A stretch of DNA of 54,272 bases, counting the filler, from Sphacelaria rigidula (taxonomy: Eukaryota), in the NCBI GenBank assembly GCA_964200075.2. It is 5 parts of 5 records of this genome, joined end to end, with 100 filler letters (N's around TTAATTAATTAA, not from the genome) between each part and the next. Parts side by side here need not be neighbours in the genome. Positions count along the whole stretch, not along the records: positions 10,876 to 21,650 come from CAXNAA020005936.1; positions 21,751 to 32,524 come from CAXNAA020005937.1; 3 more parts are not named here. One strand, written 5' to 3'. The notes below the pieces were generated by a model. That model saw only the letters and a program-made list of their open reading frames with translations, was not told where the DNA came from and made no database searches. The position numbers and the translations under genes were made by a program. Positions 10,876 to 22,316 of this stretch are shown here, one piece after another; within the stretch, counting starts at the first letter, position 1, and each line of letters starts with the position of its first letter.

Positions 10876-12528
10876 GGATGCTCCCACTAAAACCCCCTAT
10901 CAACTTGGCGCAGTACACGCGCCGCCCTGCTCCTGAGAGCTTCGGCCCTAGGGAAAGAGCACTATTAATAGGACCGCAAACAAGTTTTTGCATGCGGCTC
11001 TGTACTGCCAACAAACTACGATCTTGTTCAGCAAGCACACACGCTTGTTTGGTTTGGTTCGCTGCGAGAATTTCCGAATTCTTCCACGCCTAACGGCGAG
11101 TTTAGAGTGCATTATTGTTCCGGATTGAGTTTCGGAAGCTGCCCGTATTTGCGTGATCTGCTAACCCTGGACGAAAAAAATCACTGTAAAAAAATATGCC
11201 GCGTACGGCATGGAATCGGTCGTCTATTGCAATAGATCCAATAGTCGGTACTGTAGGCAATACAATTTTTGACAATGTCATCTATGGTTATTATCCAGGG
11301 TGTGGTGATGAACAGGTTTGTCGATGTACCTCCCTGCTGGTGTCCAGGATGTATCGGATCGACAAGAGAATTAATTAACCGCTCAATCCGACCGTGCTTC
11401 AGGGAAAACATGATCATCTGGGCACCCTCCATATACCGTATTGCCATCGATGACACAAGAATAACGCGTATGTTTTCCTCGACACTTCACTACGCGTCTC
11501 TTCCCTCCGATTATTTAGGTGCATGGATTCAATATTCAGACCCGCGGTAAGCCTGAAAAACAAGCGTTTTTCACTGCTCCCAACTAAAGTTTCATTTCAC
11601 ACTAGAACTCCGGGGCGAGGAGAAAAGATATACCTTCCTTGATTCCTGTATTTCCTCTCAAATGATGAAAGTTACTGAGGTGGGTTTTTCCTTAGAGAAA
11701 TGACTTCCGCCGCTTGATTGTTTTGTCCCACGCCAGCACGTTCAGTATACGCGGTGATCAGGAGCTCGAGGCGGTCAGTCACTTTTCGTTTTTCGCTGTG
11801 TTGCGTGCTGAGGATAGTTGCCACCTTGACACACTGAAATCGGGACGAAAGCAGTCTTGTGATTTGCTGGCAGCATTTCTGTACAGGGCAGTGTCGGTCG
11901 GTACGACAATAGAAATGGCTGTTGTCTCAACTGCTGTAGAATCTCATCTCGTGTTGTTATTGCTTGCTTGTCCAAGCACCCCCCGGTCATGGACACGGCC
12001 ATAGAACTACCATTCCAAGACGTACTTTTGTGCTGACTGTGCTATATCGTACGGCACTACTCACTAGCTCACACCACACAACCCACTCTTATTCACGCAG
12101 TTTCTCGGCAGCGCTCCCCTCTGATGCACGCACGAGGCTGTACCCTTCCACTCAAGCCCGCATCTGCGGTCGTGACCAGCATCATGACTGGGTAACCGAC
12201 ACGGTGGACGTACGTTAAATCATTTTGCGCGCTTACCGTCCAAGCGTCACAGCTCCGTGCATCCCCTACTTCAGTATCAAGCAAGAACTTCATGTGATAC
12301 AGTATATATGTATATATACCATCAGTGATTCAGTACAATTACCATCCTAATCACACACTCCCAGTGATTCATGATTCCCCTCCCCACTTCGTACGTGGGA
12401 CTGTCAGTCGGGAATGTTGATCCGAAAGGAGCCTTGGCGCCTAAGGAGTTGATGACATAAATAAAAAATATGAAAAGCTGACGCTACCGCGGCCACCGCT
12501 ACCTCGTGCTGGTTTTCTTACCCCTCAG

Positions 12529-13838
12529 GCCCGATGGAACCGTGTCCATACTTACAAAGGGGGACAGCAACAAGGTGCGTGCCGTTAGAGTGGTACGTGC
12601 GTTCGGTCACAGTGCATGAACGATGGGTCTTACAATCGCCGGTGGCGATGCGCAGCAGTTGTTCTGCGCGCCCCCCTTCTCCATGTACAGGCAGTTATTC
12701 GGGTACAAGGGGCGTATTTGGTGCTGGTATACTAAAAGCTCGCGTCGTTCGCAGACCATTATCGTCATGATTGTTATTTTCTTCATTCGAGTGCTCCGCG
12801 GCATCCTTTGCCTGACATTGTGTCCGTCCGAGTGGTAGCACTGGTGCTTGATGAGTTCGTCTCTGCGCCATCGGCGAAAGTAGTGACTGGTGTAGTTGAA
12901 ATCTCGATCGATTGATATGGTTGTCGTACATTCACCGATCTACTATTGTAGGAATCCGGCTGTGGTCACCAGGTGGATGTGTACTCAGGGTGAAAAGAAA
13001 CAGAAGCGCTCGCTGAAAGAAGCTCGACAAACCGAAGAGAGCAAAAATAAATATCGGTGATGAAACACGACCTCACCGTCCTCTACTGTCTTGGTGCCCA
13101 GTCATCCTCCTGTTCCGCTCTAATTTCCCCCCCCCCCGCCCGCGCGATGCCATTTTTGATTTGTTGCACCGGGTTACGTGCATACTGTGCACCTCAACAC
13201 CACCTTGATCAGGTGAACGACAGGGGGTTGTATGTGCCGGGGCAAATGTGGCTGGGGCGAGACGCAGTTCTCGGGAGGGCGCGGGGTACACTTCGTTACG
13301 TGGGCATGGTGACCATCATCCTCAACGACTATCCACCGCTCAAGTGAGTTGCTTCGTGAAGTGGAATGCTTGTACTCGAACCAAAACACGCTTTTGTAAC
13401 CTCGGATATCACGAACTTGGACGACAACGCTCTTCACACTGCCCTATTTGTTTTTTAGGGTGTACGTCGCACGGCCTTTTTGTGACACGGCACCTATCGC
13501 CGCCACCACTTTTCGTCAGATGACGGAGCTTGTTCGGAACTGCAAGGCCCGTTTAGTTTGCTTTGCCGCTGTGCGTAAATGTGTCGGTGAGCTGGTTGCA
13601 TGTGCTCCTTGCCGCAGGTACGTACGTCGTGTTGCTGTTCCTTTCTTCCCCTTCCTGCCCCATTTTGAGGAATGGATTTCATGTCGGATATGTATGTATC
13701 GAAGATCACCCGACTCCTGAGTATCTAGTGCAATGATACCCCGATCCGTCCCATTCCCATCTCTGTTGCCCACCAATCTGTAGGTATGTGCTGGTGGGAT
13801 TGATGGGGCTGTTTGTTCTCACGAATCGAGAAGCATGA
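12529..13838 (+). CDS. SEC11: Signal peptidase complex catalytic subunit SEC11 (peptidase S26B), last three exons; 5' exons not found in this block
   Basis: Exons 12529-12574 (PDGTVSILTKGDSNK), 13213-13343 (VNDRGLYVPGQMWLGRDAVLGRARGTLRYVGMVTIILNDYPPLK) and 13784-13838 (YVLVGLMGLFVLTNREA*). All introns are GT-AG with compatible phases. Matches the SEC11 C-terminal consensus LTKGDNN..DDRGLY..GQ.WL....V.GRARG..PY.G.VTI..NDYP..KY. Confidence 0.93.
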
Positions 13839-14794
13839 CGCGACGCAACACAACACAAGCTCACAGCAGCAGCAGCGGCGGCCGATACACTTGACCATCA
13901 CCAGCGACGCTTCGGGGTGTGCACTCTGGCCACGGATTATTGGTGAACTGCGGCTAGGAGCTTCCAGAGATATCCCTGTCAACGCATGAAAGAGTGAAAC
14001 TGCGCGTGGGCAATTTGGAGAGGATATTCTTGTCAAATATTGTGCAATGATTGTCTCTCGCGTGGTGGCTCATGTACTTGATGAGATGGAAAAGCACGAG
14101 TGTGTTGATGACGCAGTACCCCTTCTAGCTGAGGGTAGCACCACTCGTGCCCCCTCCGGCCCGTTATGCGGGGAACAGGTTTGACTGGAGGGTGCTGGCT
14201 CAACGTCTCTGCGCTTCGTGTAGAATCATATGCCGTGATTGGGAGCTGGGATCGGCATGCCAAAGTGTAGCTGGTGGCAAACACGTGATGTGTGACAAAA
14301 AAGAAGAAAATAGTAAACGCCGATTGGTACATGTTTGGTAGCTTGTTTACCGTACTTGTTGGCAGTGTCTTGACGCGTTGGTTCTATCGCGCAGCATCTG
14401 TAGGGCGGGTCGAGTGTGCAGCAAGCTCTGGTTGTCACAAAAAAATACGCATACAAACCAGAAAATGTTCGTTGCGTGCGAGATATTTCATGTATCCGCT
14501 GTGTGCGCTTGGTACATCCTCCCATCCTTAGTGCGCTCGCCACATGCATGGGACGAGATACTTCGATCTTTTCGATATTCTGAAGATTTTTATATACTTC
14601 ACTCTCAGTAGACACAGCAAACACACCCCCTGATTCCGACCACAAAATCTGTGAACGATCACGGCGAACTTTTATTTGTCCCGTGCTACGCCGCATTTGT
14701 GCCGTCATCGAAACGGTTTCCTGGAGGGATTTCTACAGTTGTTGCAGCAGAAAAGCATCTCGTCGTGATTCATTTTCTGTACAGCTACGAGTAA

Positions 14795-15090
14795 CAACGT
14801 TTTCGTGAGATTGAAAGTAGAGCGCTGATTGAGAGGGGCTTCGATCATTCGCTTGAAGTCAGCCAATTTTTCATTCCGTATGTGCCTTTCTTTCCCTCCG
14901 TCACTGGCGTGTGCCTACAGCTACACATCGAGATCCTACTCAGGGATATCAAGGGCATCAGTGGCAAGCCATTACAGAAAGCATATTGGGCCTCTTGGAG
15001 GAGCATTTCAGAACTGAAACGATTCATTCACTCATTGACCGCTCTGCACTCTCAATCGCACCCTTTACTCTACATCTCACGAAAACACTG
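14795..15090. mobile_element. MITE family A, copy 1 (about 296 bp, possibly hAT-like)
   Basis: Imperfect TIRs CAACGTTTTCGTGAGA / TCTCACGAAAACACTG. Homologous copies at 31648-31921 and 51185-51488. Flanks ACGAGTAA / GTGAGTAT look like a decayed 8-bp TSD. Confidence 0.8.
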
Positions 15091-15686
15091 GTGAGTATGG
15101 TATAGCTCAAAGCAAGGCATAAGAAAAGACATTTTCAATGTGTGAAGCGTTTACAACACGCTAAACACTACAAACCTAAAATTACGGTACCGCTTTCTGG
15201 CGAACCCATACTGCAAGATCGAAAACCGTATCTATCGAGCTGGTAGAAGCACCACATCGCCCCCGCGCATGGGTGGCTATGATTCGCCCAACCAGACACT
15301 CGTCAAACTACAAGACTAAACAGTCTATTAACAACCAGGGTACTGAACCCGAAGCACCGGGCCTATCGAAAATAAAAGGTGCCTGCATCTCCCACCAGAC
15401 AGCATATACACCACCGTGGCACTCGAACCTCCGAGATGAGCGCTCCGTCTCGCACCTTCATTAGGATCGCGATCTTTCAAAATATTGGACTTCCGATTTT
15501 CTATTCCAACATGACACGGTCACTTGCCATCTATCGCGTATCATCCTGGTACTCCACCAAATAGTAAAACCCCGGAGGGTAAGCGCATCAAAATGCAATC
15601 TCTAGACTCTGACGGTTACAACGCAGGTTCACCGACCAACCCAAATCTTCCCTCCCCTCCATCGTTTTACCAGCCATCACTTGTCA

Positions 15687-18600
15687 TCACGGGAATAGCT
15701 TGTCCGACGGCCCCACCACGAGCGATTCCGGATGCAGATCCAAGTCATCACCCACGTGATGATGGTGGTGGTGCTCTTCCCCAACATCCAAGTCAGTTGT
15801 CTCCAACCCTCGCGGTGCCAAGTCCACATGATGATGGTGGTGGTTTTGTTGTGGCTGATGATGGTGATGGTGAGGATGGTGCCCAAGGTGATGATGGTGA
15901 TGATCGATAGACATACCCGTCGGATCCAATCCTCCCAGGTCTCCATCTTCCCCCAAACCCGGTACTCCAACATCTACCCCCACGTCCTCCATCCGCGAAG
16001 GCTCCAAAACGTCTCCACCCATACCATCGAACCCCAAGGCCCTCGCCTCTTCGAGTCCTGCCTCGACCGCGCCCATGCTCATCGCGTCCAGGCCCACGGA
16101 GTCCAGACCCTCGGAAACCACCAAGTCCGTAGCACCGCCCCTGTCAACTGTAACGCCATCTTCTGTGCCTACGCCACCGCCGACGCCGTCGCCGCAGTGT
16201 GCGTGTCCGCCGCCACCACGACCGATGACATCGGGGTGCCCGTGATGTTGATGATGATGCGGGTGTTCTTGATGATGGTGCTGTTCTTCGTGATGATGCT
16301 GCGGGTGCTGCTGGTCGTGAACGTTGCTGTGGTGATCACCGCCAAGCATGCCCATCTCGTCATATGTTCGCTTGCGGCTCGCGCCTATTCCTCCCACCTC
16401 ACCGGTGTCGACACTGACATCACTGCCGCCACCGCCGTTGCCCACCGCCCCGCTGACTCCTACATCGACACCCGTGCCGATGTCGATGCTACCCATTCCA
16501 ATTCCCTCCGCTCCCACGACCGTTCCGTTAGTCACGTCCTTTTGGCCCGGCCGGTACCCGATCATTCCGGGGGTCTTGTGCTCCGCGCAGAGGACGGATC
16601 GCATGCCGTCGTAGCTGTACCAAGGGCGCTTCAAACACCCCGTCACCTGGCACTTGCGGGACACCACATCCATCATTCCGTCTGCCTTGTGTTTCTACCA
16701 TGGGCAGCGGCACAGGGGAAGCACGGGAGTGTATTCGCGAGAGGAGTACATGTAATAAATCATGCGCCGATACACATGCCATGCAAATCGCGATGGTAAT
16801 ATGAAAGAGGGAGGGACTGCGTTTTCGGGGGGATGCTGCTGCGTACGGTACAAAGACAGGGACTTTCCGCCCTTGTCGAACAAACGTTGAATGTCGGTTG
16901 CGCACGGACACTCGTACATCCCAACGGAGTCATCGATACAATATTTCGGAGCATGTGAGGATTGTATCGTCAAGTCAGCTCCCCACCAGATGTGACGACG
17001 CATGCGCTGAACGCCAGATGGGGCAGGGTAACAGCTACGCCATCAAAATGAACGACTTGTAGTTAACAAACGAGTGGGCGGCGGCAGGCCCGGCACACAC
17101 TAGTTTCGAGGAGGATTAGTAACAGAGTAACAACATCAGCGGCTTTTGAATTTTCAATTTCTGTAAGCCTCCACACCTGGCAAAACTTTGGCGGCCGCAT
17201 CCCAGGATAGTTAAATTGAGGCTCAGTCTGGCAGCCGTCGGCCTGACATTTGCGCTGCAGGCTGGTCATCCCAGGGAGGCGGTGCTGCGCGCAGTAGAGT
17301 CGCTTACGGTCCGCCTCGAACCCGTACCTGGGCAGCTTGTCGCACCCGGATTCCAGGCACAACCGCCGCTGTACTACACGCATACCCTCAGTTCGGTGGG
17401 CCCTGCAAAACACGGGCCCCTGATCATCGTAGCCGCAGCGTGCTCCAGCGCCGCAGCCAGGGTACTCACACGTTTTCGTGGAAACGTTGACGCACGCCTC
17501 TGTCTTGTGGTCTTTACAGAAACGCCGCACCCGGTCGGCGGGGTTCCCGAAGTTGGGCTGCTTGCGACACCCGTCGGCTTCGCATCGCTTGACATGAATG
17601 TTTTCCATTCCAGGGACCTTGTGAGTCCCGCACACACGCGCTCGCTGCTCCGTGGGCCAGCCCCATAACGGTTGGCGGCGGCAGTTCTCGTGCTCGCAGC
17701 GGCGCTGGGAGACGTTGACCATCATGTCCTGTTTGTGGGCTTGGCAGAAGCGCGCCTTTTCCCCCTCGAAGCCAAAGCTAGGCGTCACCTGTTTTTCAGT
17801 AGGGTCAGGATGGAAAAAATGGTCTACAAGTGCGCATCACCACATGGTGGGATTTACAAATGAATGGCGGAACGACAAAAGCAGGAGATATCGCTTTTGT
17901 GTCACCTGGTCGAATTGCTACCCAGCGAGTCGCGGTAGTTGCCCACGCGGACACAACTGGCGTGCCGGCTTGGGGTATAATATATGATGCAGTGCACGAA
18001 GGCAGCGTCGCCTGTCAAAATATGGGAGATGGCCACAGTGTTGACTGGAGTGTATGCCGCGTATATTTTTCTCTTCTCCGACTCAACAGGACGCGACCTA
18101 GAGTTTCGATCGTATATCTATGGTTGATGTCTCCGAACAAACTGACAATAACGCGAACCCTGACCCCAACCCCGACCCAAGGCGTAGCAAGGGGGGTGTA
18201 TAGGTTCCCCTTGGCAAAGTGTGCGTTGGCAGACCTCGAATCGCAGACCTGAAATCGACGCCGCAGGCGCCGATTTCGACAAAAACGCGTTCTGGACGAG
18301 CTGGGTCCACTGCTCACCTGCCCCAAACCATAAATTTTTCCAGAACTTTCTCGAGTCTGAAATCGGGTAGTTATATAGTCAAACATAGATATACGACCAA
18401 AACTCTAGGTCTACCGCTCAACAGTCCCTCTCACTTCCACAAGAAATCCCGCCAAGGTGCAATAGCAAACCTTTTCCCAGAAGATAGAGAAAAAACTCGT
18501 GATCGTGCTTTACAGCAGTTCATCAAGTCCGAAGCCCCACACAATGCCAAAGGCCCCGTGTGTATGCACAGCACGGAGGCACCCACCTCTGAACCTCTGC

Positions 18601-19762
18601 TCTTGATAGAGCAACCCCCCACTCCCATAACATTGTGCTGCTTCTACAAATTACATTTCCATCAGGGGAAGGGTACCTTGCAATGAGGTTCCTCGCACAA
18701 CCGATGGTGCACGTCCATCATGCCAGCCTTCTTGTGCTCCATGCAAAACCTCGCCTCCTCGCCCACATCGCCAAACCGCGCCTGTCGCGAACACTCAGGT
18801 ACCTGACAGTTATTTCCCACTTTGTATACCATTCCTTCCTCCCGATGGCTCTTACAGAACTGCCGCCGCTCGCCCTCATACCCGTACAGCGGGTGCCTCC
18901 GGCATCCGGGCGCCTCGCACCGCTTCCCTCTAAGGTTTACCATGCCAGGCTCCTTATGCACCGAACAGAACCGCATCGTATCCCCTCCCTCGAACCCGAA
19001 CCCCGCACTTTTGCTGCAACCTGGGTTCTCACAATTCCGCCGCCGCAAGTCGACCATTCCCGGCAGCTTGTGCTCGTCGCATCCGAATGCATCCCGCGAG
19101 CAGTTGCCCCACCGCGGAAATGCTGTGCACGTTGACTCTACGCACCTCCTCCGTTGTCGCGGCGGCGCTCCACCACCGCCGCCCGCACCGCCGCCCACGC
19201 CATTGGCGAGGTCTGTCGTAGTGTTGGGCCCAACAGCAACACGTACAGAACTAGACGATGGTCGCATGCCGCCGCCTCTGCCGCCGTCAGCGGAGCATGT
19301 ACCTGCGACTGAATCTGGCCCACCCGCCTCACCACCACTCCGGCCATCTCCTTCTGCTGCCCCGTGGTGGTGGTGGTGGTGTTCATGAGGATGAGGATGA
19401 GGATGAGAATAATGGTGGTGATGATCAGCGTTTGGGTCATCGCCGGCAGTGCTAGGGTGACTGCCGTCATCGATTTCAGTGTCGCCCAACAGCGGCGGCA
19501 AGCTATGAAGAGTGCAGGGTGGCAGCTGCCCTTTAACCCACTCCTTGACCTTGAGAAGATCGATCTCTAGTTGTCTCTTGGTTTTCCACTTGGTCTCGAG
19601 GGCGCCCTTGGAGACGAGCTTCGTGCAGTCATCTTCGGAGAGGCCGGACTCGCGGCGAAAGGCTTCGGCTGCTTCGACGAACAGTGCTCCGCCTTCAGCG
19701 GAGGAGAGGTAGCCGAAGATGGACGCATGCAGCTTTTTTCGCTGCAGCAGAGTCAAAGACAT
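15687..19762 (-). CDS. LIS1-type LisH/coiled-coil N-terminus fused to 11 EsV-1-7 cysteine-rich repeats, with His/Gly/acidic low-complexity regions (about 901 aa, 3 exons)
   Basis: Exons 19762-18677, 17788-17177 and 16694-15687 with GT-AG phase-0 introns. Splicing restores two split repeats (CEEPHCK|VTPSFGFEGEKARFCQAHK and PPKFCQ|KHKADGMMDV). Repeats follow C-x4-C-x15/16-C-x2-H[KR]-x2-(G)M. The N-terminus MSLTLLQRKKLHASIFGYL...AFRRE...GALETKW is in register with LIS1. Confidence 0.9.
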
Positions 19763-20038
19763 TTTCAATTATGGAATTGGCGGTTTCATTTGCTTGGGCG
19801 ATTGTTGAAGCACCGTGTTGAGGTTGCGCTGCGTTACGGCGTTTGGTGCAGCCTCGATCAGGCTCCGTGATGCGGAAAGGAGGATGTACAAGTTTCTGTT
19901 ATTTTTCTTTCCCACATTTGCCTCTGAAATTAAGTTCAAACTCGTAGTGATGAATTTTTGAATTTCAAAATCACACCTCACAAGCGCAGGCAGTCCGTGC
20001 ATGAACAACACCACTCACGGCACAGTACAGCGTGCACC
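19763..20038. promoter_or_regulatory. Putative bidirectional promoter / 5' UTR region
   Basis: 276 bp between the ATG of the minus-strand LisH/EsV-1-7 gene and a plus-strand ATG (CACCATGG) at 20039, with an AT-rich core at about 19890-19970. Confidence 0.45.
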
Positions 20039-20166
20039 ATGGCGATTGAAGACGCGAAGCATGTTTTTCACGAAGAATTCCTCGATGATGATGAGACGGA
20101 AGATCCAGAGGAGAAGGTGGTTGAGATGAACAATACTGAAGAGAATGGCGCGGCCTCATCCTCAGT
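20039..20166 (+). CDS. Probable first coding exon of an unidentified gene (acidic N-terminus)
   Basis: Kozak-like CACCATGG, protein-like MAIEDAKHVFHEEFLDDDETEDPEEKVVEMNNTEENGAASSS, and donor GTGAGT at 20167. No further exon identified in the block. Confidence 0.5.
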
Positions 20167-21244
20167 GTGAGTAGTAGCATACATAATTAGCGGTATGGTA
20201 ATGAGGAGGTGCTCTCACTGCAGTGCACTCAACACTTGCTGGGTGATAGCAACGACTACGGCAACAAACTACTGCGGTGTGCATTGGTGTGTGATTCTAC
20301 CACAAGTGATGAGACTCGCGAATGTGCGGTCTTTCTCGTGTTGTCTAGCTGATCAGTCATGCATCATCAAGTCACGATAGATAACACCCCCACGTGTATT
20401 CCTTTCTTGTTTACCCCTTGGAGGGTAAATGCCACAGATCGTCGCTGCATCGACCGCCAGCGCGCTTCAAGTTTTCCCATAAAACCGGTGGGAAAATGGT
20501 GGGTAGAAATGTACGTTTGTACGGAGCGAAGTATGCTTACCTTCTGTTGAAGTTTCGGAACCGTAGTTAAGGTACCGTACCGAGCGCACCCCCGGTATTT
20601 ACCGGGGTATTCAATGGTCTGTCGAGAAAAAAAATCGGACACGGAGCCCCCCCCCCCTTCGGAGGGCATTTTTTCAAAAATTGCCATGAGTTTTCTCATT
20701 GTTTTTGTGATATTTTTGTGAATTGTTTTCATTGTTTGTTGAAATTGTTGAAATAAATTGATCAACAAACACTGACAAAAACCGAAAATTCTAGCGGGCT
20801 TTGCGATGTTCGTATATTTCCTTCTGCTCCTTGCCCGCCCTGTCCCGATGACCTCGGATGCCGGCAACGCTTACACACATCTATGTACGAAACACGAGCG
20901 CACGGCAGTGGCAGCCTGTAGCCAAAAAATAGCAACATTATCTCACGCCTCGCCAAATTTGCCCGGACAACTAGTGGTGGGTAGTCGAGGCACACGACAC
21001 GGAACATGATCCCATAAATGTAATCATTGTAGGTGATGGGCTTGAAGGGGCGGTGTGTCCGTCATCTCAGCGGTCTCCATGCCAGCAAGGATCTCTGTAC
21101 ACGAAAGATGACCGCATCTGCCAACGCCTCGGCAAAAAACTAGGGGATAGCAGGGTGGGTGTCCCCCCCCCTCGCCTCAAAAACACGATTTTTCGATCTT
21201 GTGGCCTACGTGTCCCGAAATATATTTTTGACAGACCCTTGGGG

Positions 21245-21526
21245 TATTCCGCCGTGGTATGTGTGGGTATCGTAGGTATGAGTTTTGACAAAACCTGATT
21301 GAGCGGGCATGGTAGGTGTTGAAATCTCGAAATACCGTGTCATCGTAGGTATCGTGAGTATGGATTTTAAATACACGATTGGGCAGGTAGGGTAGGTACT
21401 GGTATCTCGAAATACCGTGGTACCGTGGGTATCGTACGTATGGCATTTGAAAATGCCCGATTGGGTCGGTTTCGGTACAGTATGAGATGTCCTAGATACC
21501 AGTACCGGGTACCTGCCTTACCCTCT
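21245..21526. repeat. GGTATC/GATACC-rich decayed DNA-transposon terminus or MITE
   Basis: Repeated GGTATCG-type motifs and a 13-bp inverted repeat GGTACTGGTATCT (21396-21408) / AGATACCAGTACC (21494-21506). Similar motif-rich DNA at about 20570-20640 and 31020-31160. Confidence 0.45.
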
Positions 21527-21650
21527 AAACCGCCATCAAAACTGTCATCCGGCAGTACGGAGAAGCGTTTCAGGGCGTGTCTCGGCAAAACTATCAAGGG
21601 TCGGACAAATAATAATTCGTCTGGAAACTACTTGGTTTTAGTATCATGAG

Positions 21651-21750
21651 NNNNNNNNNNNNNNNNNNNNNNNNNNNNNNNNNNNNNNNNNNNNTTAATT
21701 AATTAANNNNNNNNNNNNNNNNNNNNNNNNNNNNNNNNNNNNNNNNNNNN
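21651..21750. other. Artificial linker (N44-TTAATTAATTAA-N44)
   Basis: Identical 100-nt linker. Confidence 0.98.
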
Positions 21751-22316
21751 GTAGGAACGGTGCTCCGTCTCGAAAGGGATGCGTGGTCAATGGTCAAACG
21801 ACCAAGGCAAGCAACAAATGATTACGCCCCCCTTCCTCAAGGCGAGTCCATGATCTCAAGGGACTAACTCATCTCTACCCCGGTACTCGCCTTGCGTTTT
21901 GGTATCACATCGCGGATTAGATCACCACCCGCGCACAGCGTCGACTCTCGTCTCGTCCTCCTCCGCCCCCTCGGCGCATCGTCGTGTCTGCCTCACGTTT
22001 TTTTCCCTTCTCCTTTATTATGTCATTTTTTACAGCAAGTTAAGCCAGACCCTATTGTTCCTACAGACTAACCCCAGCCGTAACGCTAGAAGTATAGTGA
22101 CACCAAGTCAAATCCTTTATGAAGATCCGGATATCGAAACATCCGCCGAAGATGGTGCAATTTTGTCGTTTTACTTAAACTTTTCATGATTTTTATTTTT
22201 AGTCTTTTGTGTGTTGCCTCTCGTCTGTTGTCTCTTTTTCGTCTTTTTATTCGTCCTTTCCTCCCCGAATTGGTCTTTGATTTTGAACGTCTACATATAT
22301 ATATATATATATATAG

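Noticed and set aside
11960-12457. Continuation of the Gypsy 3' LTR ending in ATGACA at 12452-12457
   Set aside because: It lies in a different block across a linker, and a 6-bp match to TGTCAT is expected by chance.
13618-13720. Alternative SEC11 terminal exon starting KYV
   Set aside because: The acceptor is plausible, but the peptide lacks the hydrophobic SEC11 C-terminus that 13784-13838 supplies.
15732-16799. 355-aa plus-strand ORF
   Set aside because: Antisense shadow of the His/Gly/Asp-rich exon 3 of the EsV-1-7 gene; its Met/Val runs are reverse complements of CAT/CAC codons.
15687-19762. Endogenous giant virus (phaeovirus) insertion
   Set aside because: The EsV-1-7 gene has spliceosomal introns and host neighbours. 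No capsid, polymerase or other viral hallmark genes were seen.
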